Positions 9,948 to 17,575 of a stretch of DNA of 64,000 nt are shown here, piece by piece. Within the stretch, counting starts at the first letter, position 1, and each line of letters opens with the position of its first letter. Source of the stretch: Candidatus Woesearchaeota archaeon. GTDB taxonomy: Archaea > Nanobdellota > Nanobdellia > SCGC-AAA011-G17 > GW2011-AR20. The notes beneath the pieces are model-generated. The model saw only the letters and a program-made list of their open reading frames with translations, was not told the DNA's origin and did no database searches. Both the position numbers and the translations under genes were made by a program. The stretch is taken from the NCBI GenBank assembly GCA_018303005.1, contig JAGVYY010000031.1, positions 24,994-88,993 on the forward strand. Reading direction: 5' to 3'.

Positions 9948-10493
9948 GTGATGGGATTTAAAAAGATGAAGCAGATAGAAGAAATAAGTGGTATAATTGA
10001 ATCAATGGATGATGATTCATTCTGTAGTTTTGCAAGAGAGCTTCAATATGGATTAAAATGGCATGCAGAAGCATATCAAGCAACACAAGTATCAATCTAT
10101 TTTAATGAATCCCCACATTTTGCAGGAGATATAGTTAAAAAGAATGGAAAACATAAAGAGAGTGTTGAAAAAATTAAAACATCTCCTTTGTACGATATTA
10201 TTAGAAGAGAATTAGCTAGAAGAACGAGTGATAGTGTCGATAATGATTGGGCAGGTTGGATCGATTTTAATAATAGATTTTTAAAATCACGTGAGGATGT
10301 TGATACAATAAATAGCTGTATTAGTAGAATTGTCAAAGGAGTTTATCCATTACAAGGGGTGATTAGGACAGAAAAAGAAAATCAAAGCTCAAAAGAAGCT
10401 AAAGAAAGAATATCAGAATATGGAATTAAAGGTTTCTTTATAGGAGATGCGGATTTAATTGACATTTTCTTTCACCATTACAGACAAAAATAG
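9948..10493 (+). CDS. Hypothetical protein
   Basis: 181 aa ORF inside the repeat-flanked segment. Confidence 0.4.
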   Translation: MMGFKKMKQIEEISGIIESMDDDSFCSFARELQYGLKWHAEAYQATQVSIYFNESPHFAGDIVKKNGKHKESVEKIKTSPLYDIIRRELARRTSDSVDNDWAGWIDFNNRFLKSREDVDTINSCISRIVKGVYPLQGVIRTEKENQSSKEAKERISEYGIKGFFIGDADLIDIFFHHYRQK

Positions 10494-10576
10494 GTTTATT
10501 TAGAAAGTAGTCTTAATCCATACAGAAATTTGGATGAGTTAAATATATAAACAAGAATAAAAGGTTAAATTATACA

Positions 10577-10780
10577 ATGCAAATAGAAGTAGCAAAAGAC
10601 ATCTCGGAAAATCTTGAAAGGGCTTCTAAAGAGCTAGGGCTAAATAAAAAAGAGTTAATAACAAGGGCAATAAAATTATACCTTCACAACATAAAAGAAT
10701 ATATAATCTTGAAAGAAGAACTTGAAGCTTGGGAAAGAGCTGGAACAGAGGATCTATTAGCCTTTGAAAATAAGATATGA
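10577..10780 (+). CDS. Ribbon-helix-helix (CopG/MazE-like) antitoxin
   Basis: 67 aa with ELITRAIKLYL. It overlaps the downstream toxin gene by 4 nt (ATGA). Confidence 0.5.
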   Translation: MQIEVAKDISENLERASKELGLNKKELITRAIKLYLHNIKEYIILKEELEAWERAGTEDLLAFENKI

Positions 10781-11103
10781 AAAAAGGTGAATTATGGGTT
10801 CTAGAACTTCCATTTCTAAATGGAAGAGAACAGAGAGGCACTCGACCGTGTTTAATCCTAGCAGATACGAAAACAGACATGATTGTTGTAATTCCATTAA
10901 CCTCAAATCTTCAAGCTTTAAGATTCCCACATACTGTAGAAATAAAAAAATCTGGAGAAAATAAGCTTGAAAAAGATTCAATAGCACTAATTTTTCAAAT
11001 TCAATCGTTAGATAAAAAGAGATTTATAAATAAAATCGGAGTTTTAGAAGATTATTATTTAAGCAAGGTAGATGAAGTACTAAAAAGATTAATTCAGTTA
11101 TAA
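10777..11103 (+). CDS. mazF: MazF/PemK-family toxin (endoribonuclease)
   Basis: GELWVLELPFLNGREQRGTRPCLILAD...VIPLTS is the PemK/MazF signature. Confidence 0.7.
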   Translation: MKKGELWVLELPFLNGREQRGTRPCLILADTKTDMIVVIPLTSNLQALRFPHTVEIKKSGENKLEKDSIALIFQIQSLDKKRFINKIGVLEDYYLSKVDEVLKRLIQL

Positions 11104-11105
11104 TC

Positions 11106-11188
11106 TTAAAACTTTTAAGCAAAGATAAAATACTAAACTTCTACAATAAAAACTATAAAGTAGTAACAAATCGAAAGGTTTATAAGAG
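11106..11188 (+). repeat. About 84-bp direct repeat, copy 2, immediately upstream of the gene at 11208
   Basis: See copy 1 at 9532-9615. Confidence 0.85.
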
Positions 11189-11207
11189 ATGGCTTCTCCT
11201 TTAGAAT

Positions 11208-11957
11208 ATGAATTTGAAAAAATCTTTTAGAAATATTTTAGGAATTACCATAGCATCTACCATTATGTATTTTTCATTAGATTCTAAAATGCAAGATAGT
11301 ATAAAAGATGTTACTCTTATGCCTATCAGAAGACTAGCTTACAGATTTGCATCTCAAACCGAAGCAGGATATCATGATATAGACATAATTCTAGATGCTA
11401 TAGTCTTGGGCGATGGGGATTATCGGGGTTCTTATTATGATTATAATAACCGTGACTATCATGGTGGCCCCAACATTCTAAAGATGTATTTAGGTTTAGA
11501 ACCCATAACTTTAGACAGATCTTTATATAAACCAACATCACTAACAAAGTTTTCAGATGTTCCGCTATACAGTATAAGCAAATATACAAAGTTAGATGAG
11601 TACTTGAATTGGAATACTGATTTTCTAAAGAGAATTTCGGAATTAAAGGAAGGAGAGATAATAAGTGGTGGGATAATTGGTGCTATACATACAAAAATAG
11701 ACCTCGGCAGAGGGCGTACTGTATCAATAGGCAGAGATAAGAAAGGGGCTTATGTTAGTTTATTTGACATATGGGACTTTGATTATTCTGCTGAAAACTG
11801 TGCAAGAGGGGAAAAAGATAAAAATATTCTGTTATTAATTGAGCGTTACTTAATGGATAAAATAGGAAAAAACAAAATCGGTTTCTATGACAGATTCTAT
11901 TTAAATGAAGCAGCCATTCAAAGAGAAGCGGATTCATTACCCCCTCTATCTAAATGA
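11208..11957 (+). CDS. Hypothetical protein with an N-terminal hydrophobic segment (membrane-anchored or secreted)
   Basis: 249 aa with no recognisable domain. Confidence 0.4.
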   Translation: MNLKKSFRNILGITIASTIMYFSLDSKMQDSIKDVTLMPIRRLAYRFASQTEAGYHDIDIILDAIVLGDGDYRGSYYDYNNRDYHGGPNILKMYLGLEPITLDRSLYKPTSLTKFSDVPLYSISKYTKLDEYLNWNTDFLKRISELKEGEIISGGIIGAIHTKIDLGRGRTVSIGRDKKGAYVSLFDIWDFDYSAENCARGEKDKNILLLIERYLMDKIGKNKIGFYDRFYLNEAAIQREADSLPPLSK

Positions 11958-12082
11958 GAGAAATGAAAAAAGTATAGAGTTATATACACCAAATTCGGTA
12001 GATCATAATTTATTGGATTTACTTCAAGAATAGAACACCATAACTCCAATTTTTAATATCATAAAATAAATCTAATATAAGA

Positions 12083-12113
12083 AAGTAGGCTTAATCCATA
12101 TTAAGCCTACTTT
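12083..12113. terminator. Perfect 13-bp stem (AAGTAGGCTTAAT / ATTAAGCCTACTT) with a 4-nt loop, followed by TTTTAAATTT, between convergent genes
   Basis: Read from the sequence. It sits between the 3' ends of the ORFs at 11208-11957(+) and 12130-12660(-). Confidence 0.5.
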
Positions 12114-12129
12114 TAAATTTAAGATATCC

Positions 12130-12660
12130 TTATTTAATTAATAAATCCATATCTTGTAGCTCTTTGTAAACTATCATTATAAACTCGTTCGTTATTCTTA
12201 CTAAATCTTTTTTAGAATAACCCACATTCATAGGTATTCGTTTCAGCTCCTCAGTATTCTTTGTACGATATAGTAACATGATATTGTATCTTCCATCTCT
12301 CCAATCTCTTATCTTACTATCTTCCAATAAATATATTTCAAATCGATAGATTCTCCCATAATAACCTATATTCCCTCCATATTTTAGATGACCAATCTTC
12401 CCCGAAAATTCAAACTTTCCATTTCTAGGCAGACTTTTATTTAGATTTTTTATAATATCTCCCGTCATCTCTTTTATATCTTTATCTAATTTACTTGCAA
12501 ATGTTAACTTTCCAACAAGGCTAAGTTGCTCCTTCCTCTCTCTATCCCAATGATTTTTTTCTGACCAATAAATTTCATCATCTCCCATCTTTTTAAATTT
12601 CTCCCAAAACCATTTACCTCTAAAACTTAAATTCTCTTTATATATATATCTTTCTATCAA
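12130..12660 (-). CDS. Hypothetical protein
   Basis: 176 aa. The listed start is an alternative start codon, so the true start is uncertain. Confidence 0.4.
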   Translation of the reverse strand: MIERYIYKENLSFRGKWFWEKFKKMGDDEIYWSEKNHWDRERKEQLSLVGKLTFASKLDKDIKEMTGDIIKNLNKSLPRNGKFEFSGKIGHLKYGGNIGYYGRIYRFEIYLLEDSKIRDWRDGRYNIMLLYRTKNTEELKRIPMNVGYSKKDLVRITNEFIMIVYKELQDMDLLIK

Positions 12661-12672
12661 ATTCTACTTAAT
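12649..12672 (+). repeat. Core repeat copy C (TCTTTCTATCAAATTCTACTTAAT)
   Basis: It matches the repeats at 13240-13264 and 14785-14803. It is related to ACTAAACTTCTACAATAAAA inside the 84-bp repeats. Confidence 0.7.
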
Positions 12673-12892
12673 TAACAATAACCTCTACAGGCAGTTCATT
12701 AGGTTTTATCTTACTAGAAATAAAGTTTAATTTTTCAAAACCTATAACTTTATTTGTTTTTGGATCTTTTTTTAATATAACTTCCTCTCCAGTTTCCTCA
12801 CTAATAATCTTTCTAGGCTTTTCAAACCATACATCTAATGTATTTCCTTCTCTATCAAAAAATACCATGATTTTATTCATTTTTATTTTCAT
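12668..12892 (-). CDS. DUF2283-family small protein (putative antitoxin partner)
   Basis: MKIKMNKIMVFFDREGNTLDVWFEKP...EEVILKKDPKTNKVIGFEKLNF matches the DUF2283 pattern. Confidence 0.55.
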   Translation of the reverse strand: MKIKMNKIMVFFDREGNTLDVWFEKPRKIISEETGEEVILKKDPKTNKVIGFEKLNFISSKIKPNELPVEVIVN

Positions 12893-13193
12893 AAATCAGT
12901 TCTCCTTCTTTAATCCTATCTGTATGATACGTAGTTATAATAAAACTATCATTATTTATATGCTTTGCTACAACTGAAACCCATAATTTTCCATATTTTT
13001 TATAATAAAGATAAACTGAACTATCCTTCTCACTCACCCTTATTTCATCAGGATTCATTAATGTTTCTTTAACCTCTTTCTCTTTATTCTCAATATCCGG
13101 ATGTTTTGTTCTTATTATAAGATTCCATCTATATCTTGTGACTTGAATTCTTTTACCAAATTTAGATATTACTTCAAAATAAACTTCATCCAT
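12873..13193 (-). CDS. DUF4258-family protein (putative toxin partner of DUF2283)
   Basis: 106 aa, overlapping the downstream DUF2283 gene. The motif pattern H..DI......V...L.NPD......S..YLYY...VVAKH.NND.FIITT.H is the expected one. Confidence 0.5.
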   Translation of the reverse strand: MDEVYFEVISKFGKRIQVTRYRWNLIIRTKHPDIENKEKEVKETLMNPDEIRVSEKDSSVYLYYKKYGKLWVSVVAKHINNDSFIITTYHTDRIKEGELIYENKNE

Positions 13194-13239
13194 AAATAAT
13201 TAAATAATTCATTCTATATAAGTTTTATTAGTATTATTA

Positions 13240-13264
13240 TCTTACTATCAAAATTCTACTTAAT
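13240..13264 (+). repeat. Core repeat copy D (TCTTACTATCAAAATTCTACTTAAT)
   Basis: Together with copy C it brackets the DUF4258/DUF2283 pair exactly. Confidence 0.7.
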
Positions 13265-13326
13265 ATCACTTAAAGCACCAAAACCCAAATCGGACTTTTA
13301 AATATGTGAAATCACATATCAATGAA

Positions 13327-13551
13327 ATGCCAAATTTAACATTATCAATAACAGAAGAGTTACATGAAAAGATGAAAAGACATTCTGAGATTAGATGGGG
13401 TGATATAGTTAGAAAATCTATTTCTGAGAAAATTGAAGATTTGGAGATTATGGATAGGCTTGCTAAAAAAAGCAAATTGACACAAGCAGATATTGGGGAA
13501 ATATCTCATAAAGTAAACAGAGATATTTTTGAAGAATTAAACAAAAGATGA
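13327..13551 (+). CDS. vapB: VapB-like antitoxin (paralog of 8896-9147)
   Basis: MPNLTLSITEELHEKMKRHSEIRW...RKSI.EKIEDLE is similar to the first VapB. Confidence 0.5.
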   Translation: MPNLTLSITEELHEKMKRHSEIRWGDIVRKSISEKIEDLEIMDRLAKKSKLTQADIGEISHKVNRDIFEELNKR

Positions 13552-13918
13552 AAGTTATACTTGATGTAAATATTATCTTGTCAGCTTTGATTCGCGATTC
13601 AACAACAAGAAAGATAATTCTTAATTCTGGGTTGATTTATACTCTCCAGAGCCATCCATGCACAAAATCAGAAAGTACGAGGATTATATTCTAAGAAAAT
13701 CCGGATTGACAGCAGAAGAATATAACAAACTCATGACAACCTTGCTCAAATATGTTAGATTAGTTCCTACTGAAGAAATAGAAAGGAATTGGAATGAAGC
13801 AAAGGAAATAATGGAGCATATAGATAAAGAAGATGTTGTTTTTATAGCAACTGCATTAGGCATCAAAAATTCAGTAGTATGGTCAGATGATAGGCATTTG
13901 AAAGGCAGAATAAGATAA
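13548..13918 (+). pseudogene. vapC: PIN-domain vapC disrupted by a frameshift. The N-terminal part (MKVILDVNIILSALI...) is in one frame, and the C-terminal part (13658-13918; DVVFIATALGIKNSVVWSDDRHL) is in another
   Basis: The two reading frames overlap over 13624-13700. The PIN N- and C-terminal motifs are split between them. Confidence 0.5.
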
Positions 13919-14324
13919 AGATATTAAAAACAGAAGAGATAAGCTTTTAATTTTTCTAAAATTTATATTTTCATATATGCTATTAAACTTACTTTCATTT
14001 GGAATCTACTTTCTCAATTAGTAACCAATCTCTAATAATAATTCTAATTTCATTGTCCGCCGTTCTAATATTCTCGCCCAAATCAGTTACACTCTTTCGT
14101 AAAAGAATTAATTGGGTACTTAAATTTTTTTGGACCTTTAAGTCTAATGTATCTATCTTCGGTATATCCCTAATCAAAAAATCAATACGAGCCAGTACAA
14201 TGCTATATTGAGAGGATATACTTTCTTTGTTTGCCATAATTTTCAATTAAATTTTCGATATATATCTCTATTCTCAAAGATATATTTTACAATACATCAT
14301 AACTCGATATCTTCCTGTCAAATT

Positions 14325-14744
14325 TTATAAACTCAAAAAAGCTCTAACAAGCAGTACCATATAAAATAAAGTGATAAAGAAAAATATAATCGATAATATC
14401 AAATAAATCCATACGAATTTAACCCTTCGAGTTTTATAAAATACCCAGAAATATAAGCTCATTATGGCGATAGGACTAATCATAATATTCAAAAAATAAA
14501 CATAAAAGTTGTAACCACCAAAAGCATACAACTTTACAAGTAAAATCGGCATGATAATGAAAATACCAATTAAAAAAGAAGCCATCAATACTATTAATAT
14601 GATTCCAGCATATTTTGTTCCTTTACCTTTATAAATCCCCCAAAGTTTTAATCCACCAATAATAGATAAGATAAGCATAACAAATAATAAAATAATCATT
14701 ATTCCAAAATCAATTTCAGCCATGATTAAAAGATGATTAATCAC
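14325..14744 (-). CDS. Small polytopic membrane protein
   Basis: About four hydrophobic helices. 139 aa or shorter. Confidence 0.4.
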   Translation of the reverse strand: MINHLLIMAEIDFGIMIILLFVMLILSIIGGLKLWGIYKGKGTKYAGIILIVLMASFLIGIFIIMPILLVKLYAFGGYNFYVYFLNIMISPIAIMSLYFWVFYKTRRVKFVWIYLILSIIFFFITLFYMVLLVRAFLSL

Positions 14745-14784
14745 TTAATAAATTGTTTCATTTAAAAAAACACAAATTAGATAA

Positions 14785-14803
14785 ATCAAAAATTCTACTT
14801 AAT
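14785..14803 (+). repeat. Core repeat copy E (ATCAAAAATTCTACTTAAT), 4 nt upstream of the recombinase ATG
   Basis: Read from the sequence. Confidence 0.7.
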
Positions 14804-14806
14804 CTA

Positions 14807-15643
14807 ATGGAAAAAGAGTTGATATTAGAAAAATTAAGAACAGAACTAACAATACAGGGAAAATCGCAAAAAACAATAGACGCTTATCTATTACATACAC
14901 AAAAATTTCTTGAATTTATAAAGAAAGATTCTTCTAAACTGCAAAAACAAGATATAAAGAATTATTTAGCAGACTTAATGTCAAAAAACTTAAAACCAAA
15001 ATCAATAAACTTAAAACTGTCTACAATACGTTTCCTAAACAGATATATATTAAAAAACCCAAAGTTAATGGAAGATATCAAATCACAAAAAACAGCAGAG
15101 AAGATACCAACCTACCTGACAACTGAAGAAATTCAAAAGTTGCTAGCAACCATTAAAAATTCTAAGCATAAGCTTATGATAGAGATAATGTTAACATCTG
15201 GATTAAGAGTATCGGAGTGTATCAATCTAAAACAACAAGATATTAACGACGACAATACCATAACTGTAAGAGCAGGCAAAGGGAATAAAGACAGGATTAC
15301 AATAATTCCAAGTTCAGTATTACAACATCTGAAGAAGCATATAGAAGAGAGAAAACATGATTCAGATTATGTTTTGTGCAAAAAAAACGGTAATAAACTC
15401 AGTGTAAAATTACCCCAGAAAATCATAAAACAATTAGCAATTAAATCAGGAATCAAGAAGAACATAACACCTCATGTTTTAAGACATTCATTCGCAACCC
15501 ATCTCTTGCATAATGGCACAGATATTCGTTATATTCAAATATTGCTGGGGCATGCACAGATTCAGACAACTCAGATTTATACACACATCTCAAAAGAGCA
15601 GATTAAGCAGATCAAGAATCCCTTCAATGATATGATAAAATAA
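14807..15643 (+). CDS. xerA: Tyrosine site-specific recombinase (XerA/XerC/XerD-like integrase)
   Basis: The C-terminal catalytic region is HVLRHSFATHLLHNGTDIRYIQILLGHAQIQTTQIYTHI (R..H.R...Y). The N-terminal core-binding domain is present. About 279 aa. Confidence 0.8.
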   Translation: MEKELILEKLRTELTIQGKSQKTIDAYLLHTQKFLEFIKKDSSKLQKQDIKNYLADLMSKNLKPKSINLKLSTIRFLNRYILKNPKLMEDIKSQKTAEKIPTYLTTEEIQKLLATIKNSKHKLMIEIMLTSGLRVSECINLKQQDINDDNTITVRAGKGNKDRITIIPSSVLQHLKKHIEERKHDSDYVLCKKNGNKLSVKLPQKIIKQLAIKSGIKKNITPHVLRHSFATHLLHNGTDIRYIQILLGHAQIQTTQIYTHISKEQIKQIKNPFNDMIK

Positions 15644-15940
15644 TCTCAATAAATTATCTCTATTGGACTATAAAATGATAATATTTAAATATATAGCAAT
15701 TATTATACTTCTAAATGAAAAAAAGCCAAAAAAACGTTGAAACACCGAGGCAACAACGTATTAAAGCCAGGCACATATTGTGGATTTTTATTATAATTAT
15801 AATATTGGTAATATTGTGGGCAATCGGAACATATACAAAATTATACCTAAAATAAGAATTTTGATATAGATACCATAATTCAGATAAGTTTAAATATCTG
15901 GTAATAAATATAAATCGTCGATAAAAGGAGGCAAAATAAA

Positions 15941-16066
15941 TGGGAAAAGTAATTTTAAAGAATGCAATACAAAGAAAAGCAGGCCATCTTTATTATGTAG
16001 ACGGCAAAGGTAATGTGTGTGAAGCAGTCATGGCCCGTGGTGGAAAAAGAAAAAGAAAAAAATAAT
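15941..16066 (+). CDS. Small basic protein (41 aa), MGKVILKNAIQRKAGHLYYVDGKGNVCEAVMARGGKRKRKK
   Basis: A strong AAAGGAGG Shine-Dalgarno-like sequence lies 7 nt upstream. It is not in the ORF track (shorter than 60 aa). Confidence 0.3.
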
Positions 16067-16368
16067 TATCTCACAATTTCTCTGAAAAGAGCAAAAATAA
16101 TTTTTTTTGAGATTTTATATTCTCTTAAACCTTTTTTTGTGAGATGATACATTTTTTTTCTACCGATCTGTTTAAACTTAACAAGATTATACATTCTTAA
16201 TCTTTTTAATGTTGGATAAATAGTTCCTGGTGTCAGCTTATTTCCTTTTCTTCTGCCTATAATAAAAGCAAGATCTTCACCACAACAATGTTTTCTCTTT
16301 AGCTCTTTCATTATCTGGAAACTCAATAAGCCTCGAAGATCAATGTATTTTGGTAGTTTCATTTTCAA
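16066..16368 (-). CDS. PadR-family transcriptional regulator
   Basis: ELKRKHCCGEDLAFIIGRRKGNKLTPGTIYPTLKRLRMYNLV fits the PadR wHTH. Confidence 0.6.
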   Translation of the reverse strand: MKMKLPKYIDLRGLLSFQIMKELKRKHCCGEDLAFIIGRRKGNKLTPGTIYPTLKRLRMYNLVKFKQIGRKKMYHLTKKGLREYKISKKIIFALFREIVR

Positions 16369-16373
16369 TCAAT

Positions 16374-16390
16374 GATTAAAACTTTTAATC
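16374..16390. promoter_or_regulatory. Perfect palindrome GATTAAAAcTTTTAATC directly upstream of the padR-like gene start (candidate operator)
   Basis: The same core TTAAAAcTTTTAA occurs at 8818, 9533 and 11106, upstream of the TA cassettes. Confidence 0.45.
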
Positions 16391-16481
16391 ATATAGTCAT
16401 ATATTGCACATTCAATATATTTGACATCCAATATATAAACTTTTCCGAGTATTATACTGGAATTATTTTAAAGAATAAAAA

Positions 16482-16898
16482 TCAAAATAATTGAACTTCA
16501 AAATCCTTAAATCTATCATAATTGCTGATATAATTCTCTGAGCTTTTCACATTTTTGAATTGTTTTATCCTGTTATCTACCTTTCCGAAAAAATTTGTCA
16601 GTTTCATTTCAGTTTCATCCAATCTTTGGAAAGAGATTATCTTTAAATTAGCAAGGACATCATTTTTGTCATAAGCAGCATCTTTTTCAGATTCTGTCTT
16701 TTCTTTTTCTTTTATCTCTTTCAGCACCCTTTCAGTCATAATTTCAGGGTTGGATAGCTTATAATGGTTATAATATACCTTACTTTTGCCATTGACCTCA
16801 AAATTTACTCTTAGGTCAAAATCTTTGTCCCTTAATGAAAAGTTAGATGCTCCAATTTTCAATAACTTTATAGCAATATTTTGCATAAACCACTGCAT
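16482..16898 (-). CDS. Hypothetical protein
   Basis: 138 aa ORF. Confidence 0.4.
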   Translation of the reverse strand: MQWFMQNIAIKLLKIGASNFSLRDKDFDLRVNFEVNGKSKVYYNHYKLSNPEIMTERVLKEIKEKEKTESEKDAAYDKNDVLANLKIISFQRLDETEMKLTNFFGKVDNRIKQFKNVKSSENYISNYDRFKDFEVQLF

Positions 16899-16977
16899 TA
16901 TACTTATTGATTTTTAATCTTTTCTATGGAATAATATTAAAAACATTTTTATATACACCAAAATTGAACAGTAAAAT

Positions 16978-17063
16978 GGGTCCGTAGCTCAGCCTGGCCA
17001 GAGCACCTGTGTCTGATGAAACTCTTAATCAGGGTGGCGCGGGTTCAAATCCCGTCGGACTCA
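16978..17063 (+). tRNA. tRNA-Lys (anticodon CUU) with an inferred 11-nt intron at a non-canonical position inside the anticodon stem (about 17010-17020). No CCA is encoded
   Basis: Acceptor GGGTCCG/CGGACTC. T-arm GCGGG-TTCAAAT-CCCGT. Removing TGTCTGATGAA gives the anticodon arm CCTGA-CTCTTAA-TCAGG. Confidence 0.65.
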
Positions 17064-17174
17064 TTCAAATTAAAATAACAGTAGAATAGTTCCTATTATC
17101 AATCAGGAAAATGATAAACCACTAAAAAGAAGAGCCAGAAAAAGAGAAGAAACATTAAGATTATGGATTTTGCA

Positions 17175-17453
17175 TTAAAGCAAGTCTTTAATTCTCTCAA
17201 TATGTTCTGCAATTCTGTTTCCGTTTTCTGTCAGATTTATGGATTTTATTCTTCCATGCTTCTCAAAGTTCACTAACTTAGATCTTTCCATCTCTTGTAG
17301 TATCTTTACGGCATGACTATAAGTACAGTCAACTTCCTTTGCCAAGACGCTTCCATATCTGTTCTTACCACCCTTTCTAAGAGCAACTAACATCATTGCT
17401 GGCTTTTTCCTAAAAAATACCTCAAAGATATCTGTTTTTTTCTTTACCATCAT
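17175..17453 (-). CDS. Winged-helix transcriptional regulator
   Basis: 92 aa; GSVLAKEVDCTYSHAVKILQEMERSKLV. Confidence 0.5.
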   Translation of the reverse strand: MMVKKKTDIFEVFFRKKPAMMLVALRKGGKNRYGSVLAKEVDCTYSHAVKILQEMERSKLVNFEKHGRIKSINLTENGNRIAEHIERIKDLL

Positions 17454-17496
17454 ATACCATGGACTGATAATACTAATATTTAAATGTTTTGATTAA

Positions 17497-17514
17497 AACT
17501 ATAGTTTTAAAGAT
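17497..17514. promoter_or_regulatory. Palindrome TTAAAACtataGTTTTAA in the divergent promoter region between the wHTH regulator and serS
   Basis: Read from the sequence. A BRE/TATA (TAAGGTTTATATAAATAA, 17541-17558) follows, 23 nt upstream of the serS ATG. Confidence 0.45.
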
Positions 17515-17575
17515 AACCTTTAATATATATAAGCTTATGGTAAGGTTTATATAAATAAACTAAAGAAATTTACAA

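Noticed and set aside
14807-15643. Calling the recombinase an integron integrase (IntI) and the island a bona fide integron
   Set aside because: The protein is about 279 aa and lacks the extra IntI-specific insertion. The repeats do not show the clear imperfect-palindrome attC structure by eye. I report it as cassette-like or possibly Xer-site-mediated instead.
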